The notes under the pieces: model-generated
Seen by the model: the letters and a program-made list of their open reading frames with translations, nothing else
The model's database searches: none
What the model was told of the DNA's origin: nothing
In this document: piece by piece, positions 13,478-26,064 of the stretch
Layout: every line of letters begins with the position of its first letter
How positions within the stretch are numbered: position 1 is the first letter of the stretch
Program-made: the position numbers and the translations under genes
Assembly: GCF_008831285.2 (NCBI RefSeq)
Contig: NC_045138.2
Coordinates: 13,144,001-13,208,000, forward strand
Direction of reading: 5' to 3'
DNA: 64,000 nt
DNA from: Nymphaea colorata
Taxonomy: Eukaryota

Positions 13478-15035
13478 CTCATTCACTTGAACACAATTTG
13501 TGATGCGCTTAGCTCTACCAGCGACTGCAAAGTCCCCCTTGTTTCATCAACATGAACCTATAGATAGATAACTGATTGCATGTAACTATGAGCTTTAATG
13601 GAATTGATCAAAAGAAAATGCCTAGAAAAAACAGACTTAAGTTTTACCTCTTCAAGTGCAACAGTACAGATAATGGAAGTCTTTGCATTGCCACCAAGAG
13701 CAGGCTGAAGAATTGCGGTGAGCTTGCTATCCCGGTAAGGAATATGTCCTCTGCAAAGATGGTATACCAGTGAGAAATTAGAGTCCTAATAATTATACCG
13801 CTAACAATGAAAATTTAATAGGACAAAGGGATACCTATACCAGACCTTTTCCTAACACCACTATCACTAAGTCTGTTGATAACATTAACAAGGGCCATTA
13901 AGCTTTTATTTTGTATTTTCCTTCCTTCAAACGTATGCCACCAGCACCAGTCTTTGAATAGGCTCTGAACCAGCCAAATCTACCAAATTCTGGAAAAAAA
14001 GAAAAAGGTTTGTATTTTAAACATCCGATATACTCTAAATCAAAAAAGAAATACTAAGAACTATTATGATCCCATATGCCATCATAGGAAACATATAGAA
14101 GATAGTTTCCAGAAGTGTGCTAGATCAGAAACCAAAACAAAGACACAAATAGCATCTTCAGTTGACCTATCCCCAAATGCCACAGATTCTTCCCCTCAGC
14201 TTTCTATAACCTAAATTGAATCTCAACATTAACCTCCATGGAGAAAGTGTGGAAAGAGCTAATCATTAACCTCCACGTAACTATGATCTGATCTCAACAT
14301 TAACCTAGATCATTGATTTTTTCATTATAAACCACCACATATGAAACCCGAATCAAAAACTCACGATCTGTTGTCTAGTTTCAGAAACACAAGCAAACAT
14401 CAGAAGAGAGAACACCGATCTACCATTTTAAAGGTTGGTCTTTATAGCATTCTAGCAGTTATTCGTGCGAAAAACCAACATGACTACTAAGTGAATATGC
14501 CGAAAAACTTTCTTGGACAGCCAGATGGATAGCTCCTGGATTATTTGAAGAACCTTACATTATGAAAGTTTTCCACTGCTGGTCTACCCATAAGCGAAAA
14601 CAGTTCCTGCAAGAATTGGGTACCACTTTTTAGAAGAGTCAAACAGCGAAGCTCTCAGGCATGAGATTTCCTAAATAACCAAAACTAGTGTTGTTTGTGC
14701 TCGCAGCAGTTCAAACAATGATTGAGATCACAACGAAGTTACAAAGGAAACGCGGATGTGAACATGACCAAAATCGTCCAATCCTTGACAATACTAAAAG
14801 AACAAAACTAATTCAAGAGGTACCATTGAATCCGTTGACTGCCGCTTGGTTGACATCCTTCGTATAGCGCTCATAAACCCTCAAGTTCGTGCAAGTCTCG
14901 TCGAACACTTCATCTGCACAGTCAGACCAAGAGCTTGCACTGTAAGAGAGAACCGCAGAGAAGAGAAGAACCTGCAGGATGGGAGGGCAAAAGGAGTTTA
15001 GCGAAAGCGAAGGAGACGCCTGAAATGGGACCAGA
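13478..15035 (-). pseudogene. Kinesin-7 (CENP-E-like, KIN-7N/ZCF125-type) motor-domain pseudogene
   Basis: Ordered exons: PISGVSFAF (~15030-15002); DEVFDETCTNLRVYERYTKDVNQAAVNGFN (14913-14824); P-loop GTVFAYG*TSSGK (14606-14488); TTDREFLIRVSY..YNEKINDL (14374-~14305); VIES*G..DAI (14210-14133); NLVDLAGSE (13989-13846); [29 protein letters not shown] (13750-13648); VHVDETRGTLQ/AGRAKRITNCVQVNE (13557-13478). Many stops and frameshifts. Confidence 0.93.
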
Positions 15036-16448
15036 ACAGTGCGATCGTTAAACGTACTTGTAGGGTTTTGTAGAATGTAAGAAAAAGATTGATCGACCGA
15101 TCGATCACTACGTGGTGAAATCAAGAACAATGATGGACGGTGAACTCTCTCTGGAAACCTCTCTATTGCCCTCGATCTCCGAACGGTCTTCTGTTTGTCG
15201 GCTTTCGATGGACCGATAGATCGACGATCGAGGGCCGAGGCCGATCGAACTCTTCTCCACTTCGCTCCTCTGTCTGTCGACCTTTTAGATGCCCCCCTTC
15301 CCTTCCAAGCAGTGGACCTAGCGATCGACCAGCATTGTTCTTGTGGGTCGAAAAATACCCTAATGAGAGCAGAAAAACAGAAAGAGCGAATGGAGGAGGG
15401 AGGAGGGAGGAAACTTAGTCTTACTCTACCACCAGAGGCAAGTGGAGACTCTGGTCCAGCGGGAGGATGATGAATAAGAGCTGCTGCTCGCAATTCCTAA
15501 TGATGAACTGCGGCAACCCACGCCTGCAATCTGCATCCTTCTTCCATCGTCGCTGCCATTGAGGATCCAGCCTCGCTCCGTGAGAGAGAGAGGGTGTGCT
15601 TTCCTTCCCTGGAACTCGCGGGAAAAAGAAAAGCCTTGTTGAAACAGTAACCGTTGAGAAGTTGCGTTTCTTGAACTTTATAACTGAATATTTGCATAAC
15701 TCAAATCCTGATGCCGCGCGGCTAATTCCCTCCCCAAGCAATAAAAAAAATCCGGCATAATGCCTTATTTTTCATTCATTAATTAATGAGTTAACGATAA
15801 TAAGTGTGAGAATATCAATGGATGAGATTTGAAGATGATGTATCTTTACATCTAATTTATTGGATATTCACTTGTTTAAATTCAACTTCAAAATCAAAGT
15901 GAATGTATATATTATATTTGAATCTGACTTTTATTGTCACAATTGAACCCGAGCTAGGATCCACTTTTAAATTCATAACCACGTCTATTTAAAATTATGA
16001 TATGCTCCGAACTAGTTTCAAGTTATATGGATGTTCGATATAGGAAATTTTATCTAATGTTTATTATCCAGGCATATACTTTTTTAAGACAACTCTAGTC
16101 GAATATCATTTCTTAAAGTTGAATCAAAAACCCATATTTTCCTGATCGAATGAATTTTTTTCTTCATATTCGGCAGATTTAAAGCAGTGTAGCCGGATAT
16201 CAGATCCAAATTCAAATGTCGGGTCATGAGATTCGGGTCATTATTGCTTCAAATGACGTCTTAGGCCTAAGCATATTCTAGTAATCCTTGTTGCTTGGAT
16301 CAGAATCTATGGGCTGATTCCCTCTATTTTTATTTTTAAATCAATTTAAAATATTTTAAACTATTTTTTAATTTAATTAAGAAGTTAGCCCATCTCCATC
16401 TATATTTCATTCCCATGATTTCAGAAATTTGAGAAATAATGTGTCAAC

Positions 16449-16482
<34 letters not shown>

Positions 16483-19400
16483 CACAAAAAAACATATGTT
16501 TGAATGGGGTTAATGTTTCTATGGAAAATCTAATGGCCCCGTTTTTTTGACCTACATTTAACACTAAAGCTAAAAACAACATGCAAATCATGTAGATTTC
16601 CGTTATATTTATAAAAAAAAAATCGGTTAATTTGAGAAGCACAAAACAGTAGTTATAATTTCTTGCAATATTTTAAACTATACATTTTTTAGTTATAGTT
16701 TCTTGCGATATTTTAAACTATGTATTTCCTTTTCAAATAGATAACTGATCATAATCAGAGGAAAAAAGATTTATGAAAACACACTTGAGATTCCAGTAGG
16801 GTTTAATAAACTCCAAACTTTTTTGCCTTCTTATTTTGAACACAATTAAGAATTGAAAGAAACACCTGCATATATATTGGTATAAACTCCTGCATACACG
16901 GTCATACAGGATGATGCAATCCCATGCCACAGTCTGAAGCAAAGTTGTCAAAAATTAAAATTGGAAAATGAATCAAATCGATTGCCTTATATTGCCAGTT
17001 CAGTGAATTAGTGATAAATTGGAAAAGCCTACGATTGTAGGCTTTTTTAGACAAAAAATAAAATATAATTATTGAAAAATAAAAAAATATAAGAGATGAA
17101 ATAAGATACTATAGCCATTTTCTATGGATTTAGATATTTGTAGGTTCTTAAAAATTTTGAATTTTAACATAAAATATTATTGGAACCAAGTTTACATTAA
17201 TTGGAATTTAACTGTTGCCATTTATCAATCCAACTACATGAAGTTGTGGTGGAATATTTCCTAGATGGGGCGACCGAGGGGTGGAAATAGGTTGGTCTCG
17301 GGCTGATCCGGACTTCATTGAGTCCAACATGCATGCTCGCATCTTTTAGACTCATGTGGCAGAAATTTGAGTTTAGAATTGTTGAAATTTGTAGCCGATT
17401 ATTTCTCTGACTAACTTGAGATCCAAAAAATTTACATCCAATGGATTGGATCTTTTTATAGATCCTAGACTCCAATCTGCATTGAGACTTTACGGAATCC
17501 AGATCATAAGATAAAAAACCAGGCCCCATTATCTTTGCAAGACAAGTCATATGTGTTCGTAATCGAGTCACCGTGTGGACTGGCTAGACAAATGCAATTA
17601 CTTTAGGATTTTTATTTTCATTTTTCTTGGTTGTTTCAATCAATTACAAATTTTCAAAAGCATGCACAAATTTTGATTAAGTAATAAAACCACTTTTAAG
17701 AATAAAAGACATTATGTAACTGGTCGAGATGGCACTGGTGAAATCCCATGCAACTCGCTATAAAATGACAAGTAATGGTAAGAGCGTAGTATTGTTTAAT
17801 CATTTGTTTCATCACTTAAATTATAAAGGAAGCTAAAGATTAATTAAATGAAGCAATTCAAAATCTCAGTTTGCAGTGGTTAAATTTCAAGTACACTTCA
17901 ATCAATGATTATTTTGTAGTTGTGGTTGTCATTGGTATTTCAAATTTGCAGGCTTCAAGTATGTGGTTTTACTGCAGGGTACGTCAAAATTTGATAAATT
18001 CAAAAGACCATTACATGTACGCATGGTTTAATGCAGCTCTGCACTTCAAAAAGTTCAGCATGGTGCACTAAAGTGTGTGGATGAGGAGGTTCCTGAAACT
18101 TGAAAGTGGTAGCAAGAGGACCGTAAGCATGTTGTCTTTGAGCTACTGTATCCTCACATGCTTCTTTGGAGCAGGTCCTCCCCTGCATGCATCGGCATGG
18201 AGTCTTCTTTCTTCTGCATGACATAATCTGTAAGAAGCACTTTCAGCATGATGTCTCGGTTTGTTTTAATAGCATGCACCATTAGCTGTTTACTTTCTGC
18301 CCAACTTTTTGTTTTGAAGAAGGCCTGAGACAACAAAGGCTTGACTGGAATGTTTTGTGATGCCAAGTTTTTGTACTTGCCATGCCATATCCCATGTAAC
18401 CAGGCCTACGCTGCTTTTGGTATGCTTCTTTGTGGGCTTTCATTGTTTAGGTGTAATCTTTTGATTGTTTATCTCACAGTGAAAAAATTTCCTTTTAGAG
18501 ATTTCCCCCCTTTTGAACCATAAGAGTTCTACAAAGTCATTGTCACATCTATAGTGCACATGGAATGAATGCATCTCTTTATGTGAGAATGTTGAATTCG
18601 AGTTAAATTGGTGACTTTTGAACTGGTGACCAAGAGAATTCTAGCTTTAACATAATAAGGTGAGCATAGAAATTTGCATCTTGTAACTTTAGAAGCATTA
18701 AGAAAGAATAGTTGGCAATTGTCGACTGACTTCCTTGGACACTTGGTCTTGTGAACTATCTTAGTTTACAAAAGGATTGGTTGCTGCTTTCATAGTACTT
18801 GGTTTGCATGATTAAAAATTTTTGAAAAATTACCTATTAATTTTTGCAAAGTATGGCTGGTCCTCTTACAATCTACATATATTTTATGGTTCCACCTGTT
18901 GTTTGTCATGCTCTTATGGACGTATTTGTGTGGTTTATGATGAAGGATTGACATTGTTCCTTTTATAGATTTCCAGTTGTGAAATGGAGGACCCAAGATT
19001 TGAGTGGTGAGTGGAGATTGAGTTGTGATGAAAGGTACGCGCAAGCTACGGACATGTATGGCCAATCTTCTGGCTTTGTAGTTTGTTGAAAGTCCAGTTC
19101 TTTTACAATCTCATGGCCAGTTTGCTAGAGGTTTTCTTAATTTGGGTAACATGTGTGCCTTGTCTTATTCGGCATGGCAAAGTGCACTTGCTTACGTGAT
19201 CAAAATCTATTGGAGTCTATGGGGTTAATATCTAGGATTGGTCGGACGATGAAGTGATGTATAATGAGCTTTTGCTTGGGGGCACAGGTATGACATAGCG
19301 TTGAACATCGCCTTGGGAGTGATGGCATTTGGCACCGATGCCACAAACAGCAGATGTTCCTCCATGTCTCCATAGGTTCCATTGTTTCTCTCTCTGTAAA

Positions 19401-19648
19401 TTCGGCCTGCCCAACGAATGGTTCATCTGCCAAACTAAGACAAAACGAGTTATATTTAACACTTTGTCTTTGAGAAGGATCAAAGTTCCCATAATCCATC
19501 ATTAAATACTGAGAGGAGGACTCCTGATGTCTGCCAATGATAACTGATTAATGAGTGTTGTTTACTCCTCAGGAAAGCATAAATGGCTAGTTGAATTTCT
19601 ACACAAATTCCTCCAAAACTGTCAATGTTTGACTTGCCATAATTTCAG

Positions 19649-20085
19649 CATATGTTTGTGGATGTGGATCCAACATAGGCTTGATTCTGGAGAAACCGAT
19701 CCAGATAGGGGAAGCACGAAAGGAAGAGTCTTCTGATCTTGACTTAGAAAGGAGTTGCAATGCAGCTGGTGGAGAAAAAAACAGAGGAACTCCGAGCTGG
19801 AGGAGTTGAGAAGGCGGAAAAAACAGCAGCTATGAAAGAATGCATCTTTCAATGGTCGAAATTATATAGAGCCGACGCTGATCCTTAGAGAACGTCTCTG
19901 TGAACTGACACCCTCATTTTGTCTTCATTCAGAGAAAGATCTTTTGGGTGGCCTAATTCATACGAAACGCATGGGAGAAATGCTGATCGGAGAGTTCATG
20001 AAAGACCTGTGACTGGTGATTATCCGTCCAACCATAATCCAAGCCACTGTGCGAGATCCTTTCCTTGCTGGATTGAAGGTTTCAG
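19649..20085 (+). pseudogene. Fatty acyl-CoA reductase (FAR/MS2/CER4 family) two-exon fragment
   Basis: AYVCG..GLILEKPIQIGE...QLVEKKTEELRAGG..KTAAMKE, then an intron, then GWPNSY/MGEMLIGEFMKDL*LVIIRPTIIQATVRDPF/WIEGF ending at a GTAAG donor. Frameshifts and a stop. Confidence 0.85.
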
Positions 20086-20351
20086 GTAAGTTTCATTTTC
20101 TATGTTCCAGGAAAAATTTCAATTGGAAACAACGCAAGTATAACAATAACTTGGCATGCTCAACTCGCCACCAACATCTGCATGCACCAGCGGAGAAACA
20201 TCATAAGCATTTGATGCTAGCTGGTAGTTGATCTTGTGCATTTGATGCCTTCAGTTTTTAGCAGCAATAGTTCAATCATCATAAGCATTCTCAAGTTGAG
20301 TTGAACATTTTCCCTTCTTACTTATTTGCTTACAGGTTATTGTCCTTCAGA

Positions 20352-21888
20352 AAATTTCGCCTGTTTATGATGGTTGCCTTTTGTTTGTTCTTTAAATCAG
20401 ATTTTGTTTGTATCATATGTTTGTACGATATTTTGATCACTTAATGCGCCCCAAGTTGATTTTAGATACCGGTCGAACCCAAATAATCTGCAGAAGAGCC
20501 TACTCTTTCTGCCGATAAAGCTAAAATATCGCCTCTTGATGATGGTTGCCTTTTGTTTGTTCTTTAAATCAGATTTTGTTTGTATCATATGTTTGTACCA
20601 TATTTTGATCACTTAAAGGCTTCCCAACCTCATAGCTCCTAGCTCGTTGGGATCCGAAGGTTGATTTTAGATAACCCAAATAATCTGCAGAAGAGCCTCC
20701 TCTTTATGTCGATAAAGCTAAAATTTCGCCTGTTTATGATTGCCTTTTGTTTGTTCTGAGATTTTGTTTGTATCATATGTTTGTACCATATTTTGATCAC
20801 TTTACCCGTCCCAACTTCCAAAAGAAATTGCTACTCCAGAGGTCGGACTTGGAACCGACCCATTTACATTCCCAAATGCCACTTATCAGGGTGTGTGTTG
20901 TTGCTCTTTCTTTTTCTGTCTTTATGAGTTTGGTTTCACAATAAAACTGTTTGTTTTCCCTTCCTTTTCTTCGGTTTTTGCATTGCACTTCCTGCAGTAA
21001 TCTTCTTGATCCTTCCTCCTTTTTTTTCTTTTTCCATCTTCTCTTAATATAACACGTTCTGCATCGATTTTGCATAATCTTCTGGATCCCTTCCTTTGAT
21101 AAGGAAAAAGATGGGAGCTCCGGAGTCGTGGTGTGTCAGGCTTCTTGCAGCTTTCCAGTATCTGCCTGAAGTTTGGAAATTCCCTCCAACATAGCAACCT
21201 CTCTCCCTCTCTGATGGACACATGGTTGAAAGTTTCGTTTTAGGAACGTGGGGAAGTGAATGTTTTCAATTTTTATTTTTTTTTTTAAAAAAAAAAACTA
21301 GCTTAGGCGATGTGATTCAGGAAGACGTTCTGAAGCTTTTGATTCCTTTTTCGATCTTGTTGTGTTAATATTCGCTGATTACCGACATACCCTCACAGTA
21401 TAATGTTCTGTTTTCAGCAGCTGTCCACCTTTGATTGACCAACCAAAAGAAAAGAGGAGGAAAGATCACAAATGGCAAGACCCCCACAAAAAAAAAGAGC
21501 TAAACGATTGAAAGAAGGATGAAACTGTGGCAACAAATAAGTCACATTCCTTTTGCCCATTCTGATGCAATCTCATTCCTATTGAAACCACCCATTAGGC
21601 TGTTGGTGAAGATAGCTTTTCCGCACAAAGAGTAGGCTCTTCTGCAGATTGTTTGAGTTCGACGGTATCTAAAAATCAACCTTTGGATCCCAACTAGGAG
21701 CTGTGAGGTAAGTGATCAAAATATGCTACAAACATATGATACAAACAAAATCTGATTTAAAGAACAAACAAAAGACAACCATCAGCTTTACCGGCACAAA
21801 GAGGAGGCTCTTTTGCAGATTATTTGGGTTCGACCGGTAATTTTCGGGTATCTAAAATCAACCTTCGGATCCCAACGAGCTAGGAGCT
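20352..21888. repeat. Inverted-repeat structure: three tandem ~170-200-bp units (20352-20804) facing ~1.5 reverse-complement units (21613-21888)
   Basis: AGCTCCTAGCTCGTTGGGATCCGAAGGTTGATTTTAGATA (~20634-20673) is the exact reverse complement of ~21849-21888. ~20539-20615 pairs with ~21709-21784 with few mismatches. Confidence 0.88.
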
Positions 21889-22799
21889 TCAAGAACTGGG
21901 ATGCTGAAACCGTGATTTCCATTCTTCTAAGGCAAATGCTCCTCTGGTTTGGGGTTATTTCCATAGCCTTGAGTGGTATAGGAGCTTCTATCTTTATGGG
22001 GGTTTCTCTGGCTGCCTCGATGACCTTTTATCCCAATCCATACAGTCATCTTCCTGACATCTCTTTTTTTCCAAATAGGAGAACATGACATCCTTGGGCA
22101 GAGATGAGAGCGGAACGATGCCCACATCCTCGCCAACATTTTCTATGAACTCATCCACATTCTTCTTCTTATTTATCAGTTTTACCTTCAGCATTGTCGT
22201 ACTCACTCATCTAAAAACTCTGGTGCTTCTCTAGGTTCTGCCCATTTTCTGCTATCATCAGGAATATTTTCTTGAGTTATGGGGTACCTGTTCTCTGGAA
22301 TGGCAACGCTTATCGTCTTGCCGAGCAACTCCTCAAGCGTCGTTCTCATCACCTGGTTGTGACCATCGCCTACAACTTCTCATTCATGCTGTCCATGGTC
22401 TGATTAATCATTGAAGAAGTAGTCTCCATCCTTTCTAGGCGACCCGCCATGGTTTGTTGATTTGAATCCTTCAACATGTGCTTGCTTTAACTTGTTTGTG
22501 TGAATATTGATCAACCTATCAAAGAATTATTTTGCTGAAATACTAAATAATCAGTTAATGCTCTTTGTTAGCTTGGTCAAGCAATTAATAGGACCTACAA
22601 GCTCGGACCTACAAGCTCCCTGCTGGGTTTGAGTCCTTGTTTATGCCCTCCTGTAGTTGATCTTATTTGAATTGTGTAGACTTGTTTGCATTTTTTAATG
22701 CACAACCATGCACACTAAGGTTTTTCAACTTTTGGAATATCTTGCAATTTACGTGCTCTCTCTTTCTCGCTCACTCACCCTCTCTCTCTCTCTCTCTGT

Positions 22800-23349
22800 A
22801 CTTGGGTCAAGGATGAAGCATGAATCCGATCTTTGGTTGGTGCACGGGTTCCACCGACGTAAGATTCTGTATTTCGTTATTTTGGTTTCTTGTAGCCAAT
22901 AAAATAGCATATGCAGATCAGATTCTTCTGTATTTGGTTACTTCATTACCTTGGTTTTCCAATGAAACTTGCTTATAAAATACATGGCGCTGCTTCTGTG
23001 TTGCCGGATATGAATATCCAAATAGATGGAGCATGAGACCGGGCAAGGATTATATATGCTGATGCCAAGACGTGCTTTGATGTTGAAGTGGCCACAAATC
23101 CACAAGTGCTGGCGACTTAGCCAAAATTTATTGATGTAAGATAAAAACCAACTTTTTTGAGTGGGATGTTAATTGCTCTTTGAAACTTCACATTTAGATA
23201 ACTCATAATAGTCATGATCCATATGAAGGTATCAAGAAAACAGAGGAGGTTCTCAGTCTACGAACAAAAGACACTTTGAAAGAAGCCTAGCTTAAGATTT
23301 ACAACCTTTAGATTCTTTATAATTGAAAGTGAAGACGTGATTAACATTT
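22800..23349. repeat. ~500-550-bp diverged direct repeat, copy 1
   Basis: Collinear with 25564-26064 (ACTTGGGTCAAG...GTGAAGACGTGA(T/C)TAACATTT). Confidence 0.85.
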
Positions 23350-24727
23350 ATGCCTATGGTGTTGTGCACTGGGTAGCTGTTTTAATTGCATGGAATTTTT
23401 TTTCTTCATGGTTATTGGAGTTTCTACTACAAGTTTACTTCTCCAAATCAGTTTACTAGAACATTCCAACCACCTTAGGAGATCTAACTCCTTTGATGGA
23501 CATGTCTGTTGCGGTCTGCATTTCTCTTGAAAAGTAATGCTTGCATTTTTGTCCTCTTTGACAGGATTTATGTTGGTTGAGCTGTTGATATATGATGAGA
23601 TAAAGAGGTGTGCCATAAAGCATCCACCTGTTTTGATATTTTTGTACAGAGAAACCCTGCTTAGGAGACATTTAACCATATTTGAGTGCAATATTTCTCT
23701 TGCATTTCTCTTTCATGTTCTATGGAGGAAAGAAATAAAAGGAAGGAGGAAGAAAGTGAAGAAAGAATTTCAATTAGGGGCAAAGAGATGAAACCAAGTG
23801 AAAGCATCCGTTTAGGTACATAATGTTCCTTTTTTTTTTTAATCTCTGTCAAAAAATGCATGTTAGATCATCAAGTTGTAACTAAATTGCATAAGAACAA
23901 AGTATTGGTTTCCAAACTTTGTTTGACATTTACTTCAACAATTCATGACGTGGTAAATAGCTAGAAGTACTCCAGCATGCTTGAGTGACTTGTTTTTTTA
24001 ACATTATAGTGGTAGGTATTAAACTCTTTGATCAATGCATTAGTTACTTTAACAAGCGGACAAACTTGCCTCACTTACACATTTTGCAAATGGCAATATG
24101 CTGCAGGCAGCAGCAACATGTAGCTTGCGGGAATGGAGGTAGTGCTTTTTGAGAATTTTACTGTCATTTATTTAACGGCAGCTGAACTCATGTCTCTCCC
24201 AAACCAGCGCATGCCCAACGCTGGTGGGGTGCCGCGAGAGTGCACTTATTAAACGTCAGGAAAGGTAATACATGATGTAGTGTAATTGTTGTTTTTCTTG
24301 TTACTATACCCTCTTTTACTTGTTATTTTGTTATAATTATGCAATTCACGTGCATAGATAGATTCTTTTTTTCCTTGTATCCTTGTTCTTTCTCTTTTAA
24401 AAAAAGTTTTTGTGAACTTTTAACATTTAGTGAGAGAATCGTTTTCCACATCTCCCACCTGAAAACTTGGTCCATACCCACACCATCCATCCATCATTTT
24501 CATCGCTCGTTAATTAATTCACTTAATGTGTAGAATTTTGATGTTGGTTGTTCCAATTAGCTAGACTTACCATTGGAAGCTGCGTTTTTTGTTCAATTTT
24601 AAGAGATTCTTGGCGGATAGATGCATGGGCTGAATGTCTCTGCATTATTGAGACCGAAAACTTGTTGCACCAATAGGAACAATAAATGACATGTACATGT
24701 CATGCATTTGGATCATTTTATTGTAGG

Positions 24728-25302
24728 TACGGCCCATCTTTTATATTAAGTATCTCGGAAATGCTTGAAAGCTTCAATAATGAATCATCAGGGCCATCAA
24801 GTTTTGCAGGGTAAATCATGCCACGGCTCCCTTGGGGAAGTCACACCTGCTTATAAGGGCCCCATTAACAGAAAAATGACAAATGAATGTTTTGAATGTT
24901 ATAGCTTGCAATCCGATTTTCGTCTCAAGAAAACTCATGGCACACAAAACTCATGGCACATAGATCTTCATGATTGTTAGACTATGGGTTGTTATTAGAT
25001 GAATCAATATTAACTATGTCTATAGCTTTGCTTACTTTGCACAGGAGAATAATGGAATGGAAACTAAAATTCTTCCAGGATTAGGAGAATGGTGCAGGGA
25101 ATGGATAAAAAAAGAAAATTTTAATTGCAAAAAAATTAGAAAGAATGAGAATGAAGGCGTAAATGAAGAATGCTTTGGCATCGTATCGCCCATTACATAA
25201 ATCTAACCCTGCAACAAATGCAATAATTGTTCCCTTGCCATTACCAGCATCCGCATCCAAGATCATTGACTTTTGATGATGAGGATAAATTGTCCCAACT
25301 TT
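24728..25302 (-). pseudogene. Phospholipase D (beta/gamma-like) fragment containing the first HKD motif
   Basis: VGTIYPHHQKSMILDADAGNGKGTIIAFVAGLDLCNGRYD (25302-~25180), then PREPWHDLPCK/LDGP joined to DDSLLKLSSISEIL (~24850-24730), implying an internal deletion. Confidence 0.88.
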
Positions 25303-25563
25303 CTTTTACATTTTTTCCTTTTCATTTTAATGAACCAAGGCACTGCATTGTGTAACTGTAATTTTGACGTTCTTATATTTGATATTCTACATTGTTTCTT
25401 TCTCAATTTTCTTGATAGCATGTATCGGGGATGTCTTGTAGCAGACTTGGCAATGTGTTCAACCCAATTGGTTTCTTTCTTCAGTTTCTTGAACGGAAGC
25501 CATTTGACATTTCCTTGATATTAGCTTAAAGAACAGGGTTTTGCAAGCTCCAGTTGCAGGTCC

Positions 25564-26064
25564 ACTTGGGTCAAGAACGAAGAATGAATCTGATCTTTGG
25601 TTGGTGCATGGGTTCCACTGACATAAGATCAATAAGTCATCTGCCTCCCCTTTTGTATTTTATTATTTTGCTTTCTCTGTTGGCCAATAAAAAGATTTCT
25701 TATGTATTCGTTATTTTGGTCTTCCAACGAAACTTGCTTATAAAATAAATGGCATTGCTTCTGTGTTTCAGGATACAAATATCCAAGTAGATAGAACATG
25801 AAACCGAGCAAGGATTAGATATGCTCATGCCAAGACGTGCTTAAATGTTGAAGTAGCCACGAGCGCGGCTAGCTAAACTTTATTGATGTAAAAAAAAAAG
25901 TAACTTTTTTGAATGGGATGTTCATTGCTCTTTGAAGCTTCACATGTGGACAATGGTCATGAACTAGATGAAGGAAAACAGAGGAGGTTTTGAGTCTAGG
26001 AACATAAGACACACCAAGACGTTTGGATGCTTGAGAATTGCACGTGAAGACGTGACTAACATTT
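25564..26064. repeat. ~500-bp diverged direct repeat, copy 2
   Basis: Matches 22800-23349 with indels. Confidence 0.85.

Noticed and set aside
14813..15493. 226-aa ORF as a gene
   Set aside because: Only its last ~30 codons are a kinesin exon; the rest reads through GC-rich non-coding and intron sequence.
21900..22470. Gypsy gag remnant
   Set aside because: Protein-like composition but no diagnostic motif.
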